Below the pieces are notes generated by a model. The model made no database searches, was not told the DNA's origin, and saw only the letters and a program-made list of their open reading frames with translations. A stretch of DNA of 64,000 nucleotides from assembly GCA_028534125.1 (NCBI GenBank), contig CM052816.1, forward strand, positions 9,612,001 to 9,676,000, in the 5' to 3' direction. Numbering within the stretch: position 1 is the stretch's first letter; each line of letters begins with the position of its first letter. Below, piece after piece: positions 32,080 to 43,663 of the stretch. Source of the DNA: Lama glama. Lineage: Eukaryota. The position numbers and the translations under genes are program-made.

Positions 32080-32780
32080 CGACGCCCGCAGTGGGATGGG
32101 GTCCCAGAAGTTAGCCAGGCCAAAACCCCCATTTTGGTGAGGAAATCGAGACTCTGCGAGGGTTATGTGTGCTGCTGGGATCTTGGGCCAGGTTCAGAGA
32201 GGGTGGCAAACCCCACCACCAGGACCTCGAACGCCAAGAACCACAAACTCAATCCCTGCTCTTCGGAGAGCTCTAGGCCCAAAGCCGGAGACCGAGAGCC
32301 CAAGTGATCGGGGGCCCCGGAGCTCCATCCGGCCGCCTCCACCCGCAGCACGCAGTCCCGGCTCCGCAGCCAGCCGCCGGTCCCCCCGGCCCACCCGGCC
32401 GCCGCCTCACCTATGCCGGCCCTCCGTTTGTTACCGCGGTGGAGAGGGAGGGAGAAACGAGACAAACACTTCCCGCGGCCCCCACCACCCGGGCGCTTCC
32501 GCTTCCGCCAATCCTTGAGCACGTCCGGAGCGTAGGCATCCGGGGCGGGGCCAGCTCCCCGTGCCCATGTTGGGTGTGGAACGTGAGCGTCCAGGCCGGG
32601 AAGCCATGGTAAGCGTGGCATTTAGGGACGGGCTCGGGGAGCGACCTTCGTTGACGTGACAGCGTCGCGACGCCGGAAGCGTGGAGTCCGACGCCGACAA
32701 ATAGTTACTGGATTGTGTGGTTTGCTAGTCTGTGCCTTTGAATGAGCACCTGGGCGCTGCATTTGTTTGCGGAGTAGCCA
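32080..32780. promoter_or_regulatory. FBXO38: CpG-island, TATA-less promoter of FBXO38
   Basis: High GC/CpG content; tandem ETS sites GCTTCCGCTTCCG 32495-32507, CCAAT 32508-32512, GC box GGGGCGGGGC 32542-32551, CRE-like TGACGTGA 32652-32659, CCGGAAG 32673-32679. Confidence 0.9.
32411..32510 (-). other. FBXO38: FBXO38 non-coding exon 1 (TSS approximate)
   Basis: Strong donor CATAG|gtgagg at 32411/32410 inside the CpG island; no ATG in the exon. Confidence 0.8.
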
Positions 32781-33052
32781 GGTTTCAGTAGAGATTTTTC
32801 CAGAATTCCTTCGTCTGAAAAGAGAAAGTTTTTTTTGCGAGGAAGAACACGGTAGGGGGCAGTTAAAGTTGACAACGTTAAATCAGCTTTCTTTACTTTT
32901 GGCACGTTGTCTCTGTACGTATTTAACAGTATTTTGTAAGTTTTTGTAGGGTTTTTCACACCTGTGTCTCAGAAACCCTATACCACTCCGACATGTGGGC
33001 AGGAACCAGCTTTACTCCTTTTTTTCCATATAAAAATTATCTTCAGAGAGGT

Positions 33053-33501
33053 TGTTGACTGAAAAAAGACGCACAGCCGAAAAATGAGTTATGTTTTATT
33101 CGTCGGACTTACTGAAGACGTAAACCTGAGGAACAGCCTCTCAGCTCCTAGGGAGTGTTCCGAAGAGGTAAGGAATGAGCCAGGACATGTAGAAGTTTTT
33201 GCAAAAAGCAGTGATAACACATAGAAACCGCATAGTTGAATATCAAAGAATTACTGCTAATTAAAGAAAAAATTGACTTTTTAAGTTAATGAATTTACTG
33301 CTTTTATATGTATGGGAAGACGTGAGAGTCTAGGTTTATTGAAATCACTATTTTGTTGTGCACCCTGTCTCGCCAGTATGCTATTTTTCTCTATCCTGAA
33401 TCTCTCAGGGTGCAGGGTGAGGGGCACCTGCGGTGGCTGAGGGCTTGGTGGCTACACTGTCCTTTGGTTACTGAAATGGCATGCGACATTCTGTGTCCAC
33501 A
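33053..33501 (-). mobile_element. Solo ERV1-type LTR inserted in a MIR
   Basis: TG...CA termini (tgttgact...gtccaca), near-TSD gaggt/gagat, AATAAA on minus at 33095-33100; the flanks rejoin as MIR (cagagaggt|..gtcacacagctag). Confidence 0.8.
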
Positions 33502-33771
33502 GAGATAATTTCTCATTGTCACACAGCTAGATTGAAACCCAAGATTTTTACCCTCCAAATCCCGCATTCTTGCCCTTAAATACAGTTTACTCTTGAAGAC
33601 ATCTGGAGTTGGGGGTTGAAAATTCGGGTATCACTTTACAGTAGACCCTCCATGTTGTGGGCCACGTCCAAAGATTCAGTCAATCACGGGGTACTCACTC
33701 TGTGACCTTGAGACTTCAACTATAAGCCTCGGGTTTGTCAAGCAAAAGTGGACATCGTTATGGTACCTACC

Positions 33772-34229
33772 TAAGAAACCACCGCCGAATTTAGTGGTTC
33801 AACCCAATAATTTGTTCTGCTTGTGAGAGGTGACTGGGCTCACCTGGGCAGCTCTAACCTCAGGCTCAAATGGAAGTTACATTGTTGGCAGTTTAGGCTG
33901 CAAGACCTGCAGGGGCTCCGCCAGAGCTGTCCTTTAGAGTACCTAATGAGGTTTCTCCCTCTGCTTTGTTTGCCTGGGCAAAGCCCCAGGGGCTGGTAGG
34001 CAGCCCTTGGAAATAGAGCAGAAAGTGAGTTGTTCCAGGGAATACAGGAGGAAGCTCAAGGATGGGACTTCATGTGAGCCAGCCTTGGAAGTCCCAGGCA
34101 TTACTTCTGTCACACTCTGTGGGTCAGGGAAGCCACCTAGCCAGCCCAGATTCAAGGGGAGGAGGCTAAGTCGTCACCTCTTACTGGAAGGACTGGTAAA
34201 GAATGTGTGGCCATCTTTAATTTACTACA
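33772..34229. mobile_element. MLT1-type (ERVL-MaLR) LTR
   Basis: aaaccacc..aatttagtgg start; ttggaagtccca..cacactctg..ccagcccagattcaagggga..gtggccatctttaatttactaca end. Confidence 0.7.
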
Positions 34230-34361
34230 CTACCTCATTTGTTGTTTTTAATTTTTTGGATATTTATAGATTTTATTACCATAGGTATCAAAAAGGAAGG
34301 CTGGTAGCCCCACTAGTACAAACAATCTTGAGTCTGTACATGAATGATTCGTTATATGATT

Positions 34362-34950
34362 CTTTTTAATTGTGGTAAAATATTTATAACAAAATTTACC
34401 ATTTTAATCATTTTTCAGTGAACGGTGGTATTAAGTATATTTATGCTGTTGTGCAACTACACCACTATCCACCTCCAGAACTTTATCTTCCCAAATTGAA
34501 TGTACAGCCTAACCCCTGAACAACCACACACATCTCCCCCGCCTTCACCTTAGCCTCTGGTAACCACCATTCTACTTTGTCTTTCATGTAAGTAGACACA
34601 CACATTTGTCCTTTTGTGTTTGGCTTCCTTCATTTAGCATAATATCTGTAAGATTCCTCCATGTGTCAGACTTTTCTTCCTTTTTAAGTCTGAATAATAT
34701 TCCATTGTGTGTATATCATATTTCGTTCATCCATCAATGTACACCTAAATGCCTATTGTAAATAATGCTTCAGTGAACACAGGTGTGCAGCTATCTCGTC
34801 TAGATCCAGCTTTTCATACTTCTGGATATATACCCCAAAGTAGAATTGCTGGATCTTATGGTATTTCTATTTTTAGTTTTTCTATAGCAGCAGCACTATT
34901 TTACATTCTCATCAGCATTGCTCAAGGGTTCCAGTTTCTCCACAACCTTG
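34362..34950 (-). mobile_element. L1MB-like 3' end fragment
   Basis: ttttaattgtggtaaaata..aaaatttaccattttaa..tagcctctggtaaccaccattctact..agaattgctggatc. Confidence 0.8.
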
Positions 34951-37900
34951 CTCTTGTTTTTTGTTTTTTTTTTTTTTTTTGAGGTAATGTTTGTAGTCCA
35001 CTTAAAAGAGTGCCTGGCACGTAGCAAATACTCCGCAAAGGTTAGCATTTATTATTTGACTGTTCAGAGGCTTCTTTTTCTACCTTATTCTCAGCTGTAT
35101 TTAAAATTGCAAGGGCTGGATTCTTAGCGTGTGATATTTCTGCAATTTACTTTCGAGGCATCTTAAATTTCCCCAGGTTACATAAGGAAATGCTCTGAAA
35201 AGATGTCATCTGTTAAGATACAGGCACAGAGAATTGCAGTTTCAAAACCAAACACAAGGTGGTAATTAGGCAAGAAAAGAAAAAGCTTTATGGGAGACTT
35301 CTATAAACACGAGCTCTGCGTGAACATTAAGGAACAAGGCCCTTGTTTCTCATTTTTCGTTTGGACCAAACTGCTGGTTTCTGCTTAAATTTTAAACCTT
35401 AAAAAGCATACATTTGTAACTTGATAATCAGATTTCCAAGGCCCAATATGCATTGGTTGCAGGCTACTAATTTCAGTCTTAGTTTGCTTCACAAACAGCA
35501 TGTCCCAGCTGCACCTAGTACTCAGTTTTCCCTCACAGACCCTATGACTCACTTGCCCTTGGCTAAATGAGCACGTAAGTGAATCAACCTTATTCAGCTG
35601 TTACAAGGAAAGAAATGGAAGATGCTGGTGAATTGGGCCCATCTGGGCGAGCCCAGTTCTGGGATAGAAGCTGATGGTCCTTAAATTCCAAAGTAAGAGG
35701 GAGAAAGCAGTTGTAATTTTCAAAATCTGGTTGCATTCTGAGCCTGACATGGTTTATTCATTTATCCCACAAATATTTTCTGAGTGCTTGCTCTGGGGCC
35801 AGACATTGGACTAGGTGCAAGGAAATAATTGTGGTGAGAAGTGAATGAATTTCAACATTCAGTTTGGTAAAGGGAGACAATCAAATATCCAGGTGAATCA
35901 GTTTCTCAGACATCAACAGATGGGGTGATGGGCCCACAGTTTTATTGAGTGAAGGAGTTAATGAACGATTGGATAAAGATACTCAATTTTTTTAAGCACT
36001 TCAATTGTTTAGCAAAAACCTTCCCACATAAATAAGTGTTACAACTCTACCAATTAGATATAAATATCAAGTGACACCTCTTCAAATGTCAATAATATTT
36101 ACAGTCTTAATAAAATTCTTATTCTCTCAACTTAAAATCTAAGTTTAAATCAATAATTAAAAATTTCAAATTGGAATCATGAGATTCATTCTTTAATATG
36201 CTATACTTTCTTAAAATATGACAAATATTTTAAATGATGATTGTTTATGGACTATTTCTTAACCCAAATTGCAATGTAGGTGTGATTTAATTCTTATTTC
36301 TATGGTTAAATTTAATCTTGGGGGTTATAAGACAACTACTTAAAAAAATTCTATTTCCCATATCAGGGGATTGCATTTGCATATTGATGAAGGGCTGTTG
36401 TCTGAGCCCCACGATTTCCCTTCTTCCCACCCCAACCCTTTTCCTTTTGGCTCTCGAGCAAGGAGGGCGCATGGTAGCACCCATTATCTCATTATGTAGA
36501 TAGAGTCTGTATGGGAGATGATGAAACCAGCATTTAGTGAAATTCAATAGACTAGCAGATGGCAGAGGTGGACAGTAAGACTCATGGTATTGCTTAAGTC
36601 TGTGGATACTGCTGTGCTTGAATTAAGGCCCACCCTAGATCCTCCTAATGACATAAACACAATTCTTTGACCTAAGATAAGTTTCTATTGGATTTCATCA
36701 CCTTTAACCAAAATACTCCTGATGTATTTCCTGTGCTGTGTTAGCCATTAACCTCCTCTGGTATCCCAGACCTTCAGGAAACATTTGTTACTCTGAATAG
36801 CCTTGCAAATGCTTGAGGAATGAAGGAAAATGGGGAGTCTAACATGCACCAAAGTGGTGGAGAGTAAGGAATTGGTATTAAAAGGTGAAATGAGGGGCTG
36901 ATGGAGAACTCTGCAGAATTAGGGGTACAGAGCAGGAAGTAACCATGAGAACATAAATGCTGCGAGGGGTCCCCTGAAATTGGGAGGATACCAGACTGCC
37001 CATGGTTTGTGGACTAGGAAGTCAAAGCATTTTGTGTGGGTATGAAAGTGTATTTTCCAGAAGGCTTAGCTCTCTGGGATGGGCACTTCCTTGCTTTCTA
37101 CCAAGACAGCAGATTGTTTCAGCTCCTGGGAGTATCATAATTTATTATGATACAAATAGGTTAAATACTTACGTGTGGTAAAGGCAGGAAAACAGCAAGG
37201 GATTGAGCTTGGGCTGACTTGAGGACCACCTCAGATTTGGAGGAGGGAATCAGGCATCTGAGAGGGTAGTGCCAATGCATGTTTTTGTTTGCTTTCATTT
37301 CTCCTGGCAGTAGTGCTTCAGTATTCCTTTGGGAGATAATTCTTTATCCTCTTCTAGTCCATATAGTAGGGCTGGCTTACCCCTGGCTCCTGCAGTGCCT
37401 TGTAATTCAGTCCATTTCAGTAGGAGTTAAACATGCTTGTAGCCGTAAAGACTGATCCAGGAATCTTATCTCAACGAACCTAATAAGCTTCAGATCTCAT
37501 TACTAGAAATTTTAGGAAAGGAAAACTTTCTTCTATTGAAATTTTAACTTCTAGAACTGGGGGTCTACCACCGGGGTGGGGGTGGGATGGGGTGGCCAAA
37601 AGCCTGAGAATGAAGACGACATCAAGGAAAGCGTGGATAGATCCCCAAAAATGGACAGAAAAAAATTCTGGCAACATTTCTTGAGACAGGATCTAGGCAT
37701 GCCTGAAGTCAGAGATTCCTCTGGACTTCTCAGGTACAGGAGCCATGGAAATCTTCCCCGCCTCCCAACTTCCTCCTACCCCTCCTCCCTCCTCCCTCTT
37801 TTTTTTTTTTTTTTTTTAGTCAGTGAGTTGCATTTTCTTTTGGGTGTTATTCTTCCAAAGAAGTTTAATATACTATACGTGGTTTCCCCACTGGAGGGTG

Positions 37901-38052
37901 CAGCTCACTCCCTGCACCAGGAGCAAGAGTACAGAGAGGTAATGCTGGCAGGCAGGCATTTACTGTGTGAGAGACCTGTTGGGATAGGTCAGGGTCCCAG
38001 CCACAGAGCTCACATTCCCCACAGGGCCCCTGTCTCAGAAGGAGATTACTCA

Positions 38053-38437
38053 TGTTGCTGAGTCCAAGCTCGTACTGCTTGCTGAATGACCGGCCAGAAA
38101 ATCAAGAGACAAGGTGTTGGGGCATGGAGTAGCTACTTTATTTGGAAAGCCAGCAAACCAAGAAGATAGTGAACTAGTGTCCCCAAGAACCATCTTACTG
38201 GAGTTAGAATTCAGGCTTTTATGCTAAAAGGGAAGGAAGTGTGGCTGGTTGTTGCAAACTTTTTGGTGCCAGAATACTTTGTGCTTGCAGCTGTTCCTCC
38301 AACAAGACAGATGTTCTTCTCTGTTTTGTAACTTTTTATCTCTGTATGGAAAGTGTTGCACCTTTATTAAAGGTCAAGCCTGGGAGCCTTGAGAATGGGC
38401 TGTCATGTATATCTCAGGTTTTTTCTTCTTTGTTACA
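38053..38437 (-). mobile_element. Solo ERV1-type LTR
   Basis: tgttgctgagtccaagctcgtactgc...tttgttaca termini, near-TSD ctca/gtca, AATAAA on minus at 38137-38142. Confidence 0.75.
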
Positions 38438-38734
38438 GTCAGATGACCAAGGCGAGGAAGTGGAACAAGGCTCAGGTGCCAGGGGAAGACTTCATCTCAA
38501 GAAGAAAGAAGCTTCCTTAGTGTTAAAAAGAAAAAGGTAAGGGCAGGAATGACAAATAAGTTTTGTCTTCCATGCCAAATCTGACGGGCAGGGTATGCTT
38601 GGATTACTATGTTGAGAAAGCTTTTTGAAGCCAAATCCAGCTCTGTAGAGTGTACTACCATTGATCGCTGATGTCTGGTGTGGGCATGGGGAGAAGCAGG
38701 AGGACTGGGTGTGACAGTTTCCATCTGTGGGTGA

Positions 38735-38935
38735 GGTGTTTCTCGGTGGGAGTCACTGTTGGCATTTTGAGTGGGTCGGCTCTTTACTACGTGGGACTGT
38801 CCCGTGCCTTGCAGGGCTTTCCTCCACTGAATGCTGGCAGTGCCACTCCAGTCACTGACACGCAAAAGTCAAATCCCCACGTATTATAACTGCCTCATGT
38901 GAGAACAGTACTGCTCTACTTGAAAATCATTAGGT
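38735..38935. mobile_element. MER20-like hAT MITE
   Basis: gtttctc..cactgttggcatttt..tgggactgtcccgtgccttgcagg..ttgaaaatcatt. Confidence 0.55.
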
Positions 38936-39591
38936 TTGACTACGAGTGACTTGACTTGCATTTGCCTGAAGATTGAACTGGGGCTTCTTAAATTCTGTAA
39001 GACTAACAGGAAAAAAATGAGGATTTTTTCTTTTAGAACCTGAGAACAGACTTGCCACCAGTAAGGGATAGGAAGTGAGGATGAGGATGGGACTGAAGCG
39101 TCTTTAGTAAAGGGAAGAAGATGCTTATGAGAGATAGCAGGTAGGTAGAACCTGACAGCGGGTGATTAATATGTCGTCCCTGGTTGAGGAGAGGGAAGAG
39201 GGAGCCTCAGCTGTTGGGGGAGGGGTATCCCGTTAAACATCAGTGTCATTTGGGGCACCCCCATCCCATGTTAGGTTCCATGGTCTTTAGGTGTTTCCTT
39301 AGATCATAGTGTTGTCTTTTTATGACAGTTCTCAGGGAGTGCCCTCTACTCTGACTCTGTACCTCTGAATCCACTGAATAACATCAGCCACCTAAAATTA
39401 TTTTTGGAACAAGGTAGCATATGAGTTAATGAATGAATAAGTAAATGAATAGAATATTCCCTCCCTTTCATTTAAGGGTTCAAGTATCACTTATTTTCAT
39501 AGTCTTCCTACCCCTGTCAATGCCCCTACAGAGAGAAGTGAGAAAAGAGAGTTTGAACAGGCATGATGTTGCCACTTTCAAGTTTTGCATT

Positions 39592-40131
39592 TGTCAGCGA
39601 GCAGCAGGAATACTTCAGTTGAACAAGTTGGGTTTATTACTCATCACTGTGAGGGAGAACGCACATGGAAGCCATAGGGTATCTCAGTAAGAGATTATTA
39701 GGAAGGAATTATTGTAGGATTTGAGATTATTGGGTTAGTTGGGGGAAACTTTTTGGAGGACTTTGCTTTGGATTGGTTGCCCTCAGGAAGTGAGGGTAAT
39801 TCTATGATGTGGTATCTTAAGAAGTCGTCTTTAGAAGGAGGGAAGATAGGCACAGGCTAAGGCTGTAATTGGTAAGGAAGCAGCAGTCACTCGTACTAGC
39901 CTAGATGGGGGAATGTATGTTTGTGTTTTGCCTGTGTTCATCCATAATTATGGAGTAATATTGTCTTTGTCTTGATTTGTCACGGTTACAGGGCAGCTTT
40001 GTCTGCTGTTAATGTTCTGTGAAATTGTTTATGTTGACTAGAACACCAAGGCCTCGCTGTGAGTAGGAGGCCAAACTATAGCAATGCCAAAGTCAGCTCC
40101 TGGATGTCATGGGTTGTTTTTCTCTTTCTCA
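39592..40131 (-). mobile_element. Solo ERV1-type LTR with perfect 4-bp TSD
   Basis: TG..CA termini, TSD CATT at 39588-39591 and 40132-40135, AATAAA on minus at 39633-39638. Confidence 0.8.
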
Positions 40132-40355
40132 CATTTTATCATGTTTTTAATAATCATTTGTTTTCTTGCTCCCTTGCTTGACTGTAAACTGCACAAGGAC
40201 ACAGACTTATTTTCATTACCATTGAGGACCCAGAATCTAGCCAAATCTCTTAGTTTCATGAGGACTTAAAGAACATTCACTGCATAAATGAATTGTCCAA
40301 ATAACCTGTTAAACTGTGAGTTGCTCAAAGTCAAAGGTCACTTCCTATTCAGCCC

Positions 40356-40361
40356 TTTATT
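40356..40361 (-). terminator. Candidate poly(A) signal AATAAA of the SPINK-like gene
   Basis: First AATAAA on minus, ~185 nt after the stop codon. Confidence 0.55.
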
Positions 40362-40545
40362 TTTAGAAACAAACACAATTCAGGCGCATCTCATTAACTG
40401 TATCTTCAGTTAAAGAGGGGATTTCCATAGGATAAGATTTAGTGATTTTTTTAAAAATAAGGAAATATAATGAATTCATCATTTTGAAGGAAAGATGGTG
40501 CACAATTCGAATAGGTTCACTCATGACGAACGAAGGAAAATCACT

Positions 40546-40615
40546 TCATGTTTCAGGTGTTTCGGTCTTTCTGCATTTTCCACTGTGTTGAACTTCTAGA
40601 GTGAGGTTCAAAGCT
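40546..40615 (-). CDS. Kazal-type serine protease inhibitor (SPINK-like) exon 4: (I)ALNLTLEVQHSGKCRKTETPET*
   Basis: Acceptor atttcccttag|A, phase 2 matching exon 3; carries Kazal H-x-G-x-C with Cys VI 17 residues after Cys V; TGA at 40548-40546. Confidence 0.88.
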
Positions 40616-40722
40616 CTAAGGGAAATTAATACAAATATTTAGTGACCATCTGTATTAAATACAACCTTTCTTCCTCCTACTTAGTTGTACTATTACAGGA
40701 ATTTTAAGTGAATACAGTTCTT

Positions 40723-41040
40723 TTTTTTTTTACATTTTTTATTGATTCATAATCATTTTACAGTGTTGTGTCAAATTCCAGTGTTCAGCACAATTTTTCA
40801 GTCATTCATGGACATATACACACTCATTGTCACATTTTTTTTCTCTGTGATTTATCATAACATTTTGTGTATATTTCCCTGTGCTATACAGTGTAATCTT
40901 GTTTATCTATTCTACNNNNNNNNNNNNNNNNNNNNNNNNNNNNNNNNNNNNNNNNNNNNNNNNNNNNNNNNNNNNNNNNNNNNNNNNNNNNNNNNNNNNN
41001 NNNNNNNNNNNNNNNCCCCCCCCCGGTAACCACAAGTCTG
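40723..41040 (-). mobile_element. Young 5'-truncated L1 3' end with perfect TSD (contains a 100-N gap at 40916-41015)
   Basis: Poly(T) on +, L1 3' UTR sequence, TSD taagtgaatacagttctt at 40705-40722 and 41041-41058. Confidence 0.88.
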
Positions 41041-42062
41041 TAAGTGAATACAGTTCTTGATTTGTAAACTCCTGACTTACAAATATCCCATACAAAGATT
41101 TGCCTCTCTCCTCACTACTTCCTTCACTCTGGAGACCCTTCTAACCTTGTTATCATGGTGAAAAATTATTAGAGCTTTTAGCAAAGGTGTAAACTTGTAT
41201 GTTAAGAAGTGGGGGAGGGACCCTGAGGAAACCCCGGGAAAATCTTTTTACTTTTCTCCAGGATTATCTTACTTGTAAAACAACCGTAATTAATGTGTAC
41301 CTACTGAGTTCAGCTCTTTGAGAGTCACTGTAAAAGTTCTCTATGAACTTCAAACAGGAAGAATTCTTAATGTGGGGGACAAAGAGCATAATGGTCAAGA
41401 ACAGGATAAAAAGATAACTGTGGAAAACGTTAGTGAAAATACTTATCTTATTCAGCAGAAATATAATAACAGCAGCAAGCCAATTACTACATTTCATGAT
41501 AAATTATAGTCAGTGGACTTTTGCAGTTGCATTTTTCATGAAGTGGTCCATTAAAAAAAATTAACAATAGCCACATAGGAGCTACTGTGAAATAATAAAA
41601 ACATTGTTCATCTTCTGTAACTGTACTTCCTATTTGACTTGGGCAAAACAATTAACTTTGGAGTCCTTTCTTGTTATGTATAAAAAGGGAATATTCTCAT
41701 CCCTGCCTACAATTCCGTATTGGTATGGCTTTCTTAGGTGCCCTGTTTAGGAAAATACTTGCTAAAAGCTATAGCAGGCTTCTAATTATATACCTGTGTT
41801 ATCTAAAGTAATAGCCTGCGAGTAATAATATCTTATTTTTTCCCTGTTTTCCTGCACCTAGCACAGTGTTTGGAAATTACTAGGTGTTTATTAAACATTC
41901 ATGAAACAAAAGGATAAACATGAAAGATTGTTTTGAAAAATTCGAAGACTCTGGTCAAATATAAGATTCTAATCAAGATAATGCAAAATTAAGCTTGAGG
42001 GCTCTGGATGTCAGATTCCTGGACTTGTTTTTTGGTTTCTCCCCTCATAAGCCATGATATCT

Positions 42063-42064
42063 CA

Positions 42065-42142
<78 letters not shown>

Positions 42143-43663
42143 CATGTTTTTATTGACATATAGTCAGTTTACAATGTGTCAGTTTCTGATGTACAGCATA
42201 ATGCTTCAGTCATTCATGAACATACATATATTCATTTTCATATTCTTTTAAACTATAAGTTATTAAAAGAGATTGCATATAGTTCCTTGTGCTATACAGT
42301 ATACACTTGTTGTTTATCTATTTTATATATAGTACTTAGTATCTGAAAAATCTCGAACTCCCAATTTGTCCCTTTCCACCCTCTTCTCCCTTGATAACCG
42401 TAAGTTTGTTTTCTATGTCTGTGAGTCTGTTTCTGTTTTGTAAATAAATTTGCCTTTTTTTTTTTTTAAGATTCCACATACAAGTGATATCATGTTGTAT
42501 TTTTCTTTCTCTTTCTGGCTGACTTCACTTAGAATGACACTCTCCAGGTCCACCCATGTTGCTGCAAATAGCATTATTTTATTCTTCTTTATGGCTGAGT
42601 AGTATTCCATCATATAAATATACCACAACTTCTTTATCTAGCCATCTGTCAATGGACATTTAGGTTGTTTCCATGTCTTGGCTATTATAAATAGTGCTGC
42701 TGTGAACATTGGGGTGCGTGTATCTTTTTGAATTAAGGTTCCCTCTGAATATATGCCCAGGAGTAGGATTGCTGGATCATGTGGTAAGTCTATTTTCAGT
42801 CTTTTGAGGATCTCCATACTGTTTTCCATAATGGCTATACAAAACTACATTCCCACCAGCAGTGTAGGAGGATTCCCTTCTCTCCACAGCCTCTCCAGCA
42901 TTTATCCCTTGTGGACTTCTGAATGATGGCCATTCTGACTGGTGTGAGGTGATATCCCATTGTAGTTGTGATTTGCATTTCTCTGATAATTAGCGACATT
43001 GAGCATTTTTTCATGTGTCTGTCGGCCATTTGTATGTCTTCACTGGAGAATTGCTTGTTTAGGTCTTCTGCCTATTTTTGGATTGCATTGTTTGTTTTTT
43101 TGTTATTAAGTTGTATGAGGTGTTAATATATTTTGGAAATTAAGCCCTTGTCAGTCTCATCTTTTGCAAATATTTTCTCCCATTCTGTAGGTTCTCTTTT
43201 TGTTTTACTTATGGTTTCCTTTGCTTGCAAAAGCTTATAAGTTTAATTAGGTCTGATTTGTTTATTGTTGCTTTTATTTCTATTGCCTGGGTAGACTGCC
43301 CTAGGAGAACATCACTAAGATTTATGTCAGAGAATGTTTTGCCTATGTTTTCTTCTGAGATGTTTATTGTGTCTTGTCTTATATTTGAGTCTGTAAGCCA
43401 TTTTGAGTTTTTGTGTATGGTGTGAGAGAGTATTCTAACTTCACTGAGTTATATGCAGCTGTCCAGTTTTCCCAACACCATTTGCTGAAGAGACATTCTT
43501 TACTCTTTACTATACCCCACTGTATATTCTTGCCTTCTTTGTCAAAGATTAATTGACCAAATGTTTTTGAGTTTATTTCTGGGTGCTCTATTCTGTTCCA
43601 TTGATCCATATGTCTGTTTTTGTGCCAATAGCATGCTGTTTTGATTACTGTAACTCTGTAGTA
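42063..43663 (-). mobile_element. 5'-truncated L1 (ORF2 C-terminus + 3' UTR) with a microsatellite tail, inserted into a MIR
   Basis: ORF2 peptides [34 protein letters not shown] ataagccatgatatct at 42047-42062 and 43664-43679; (TG)n(TA)n at ~42065-42142. Confidence 0.92.

Noticed and set aside
32163..32700. Several overlapping Pro/Arg/Gly-rich ORFs
   Set aside because: Stop-poor frames expected in a CpG island; no recognisable domain
37573..37592. G-quadruplex-like GGGGTGGGGGTGGGATGGGG
   Set aside because: Lies in probable old LTR sequence with no link to a gene feature; such motifs are common
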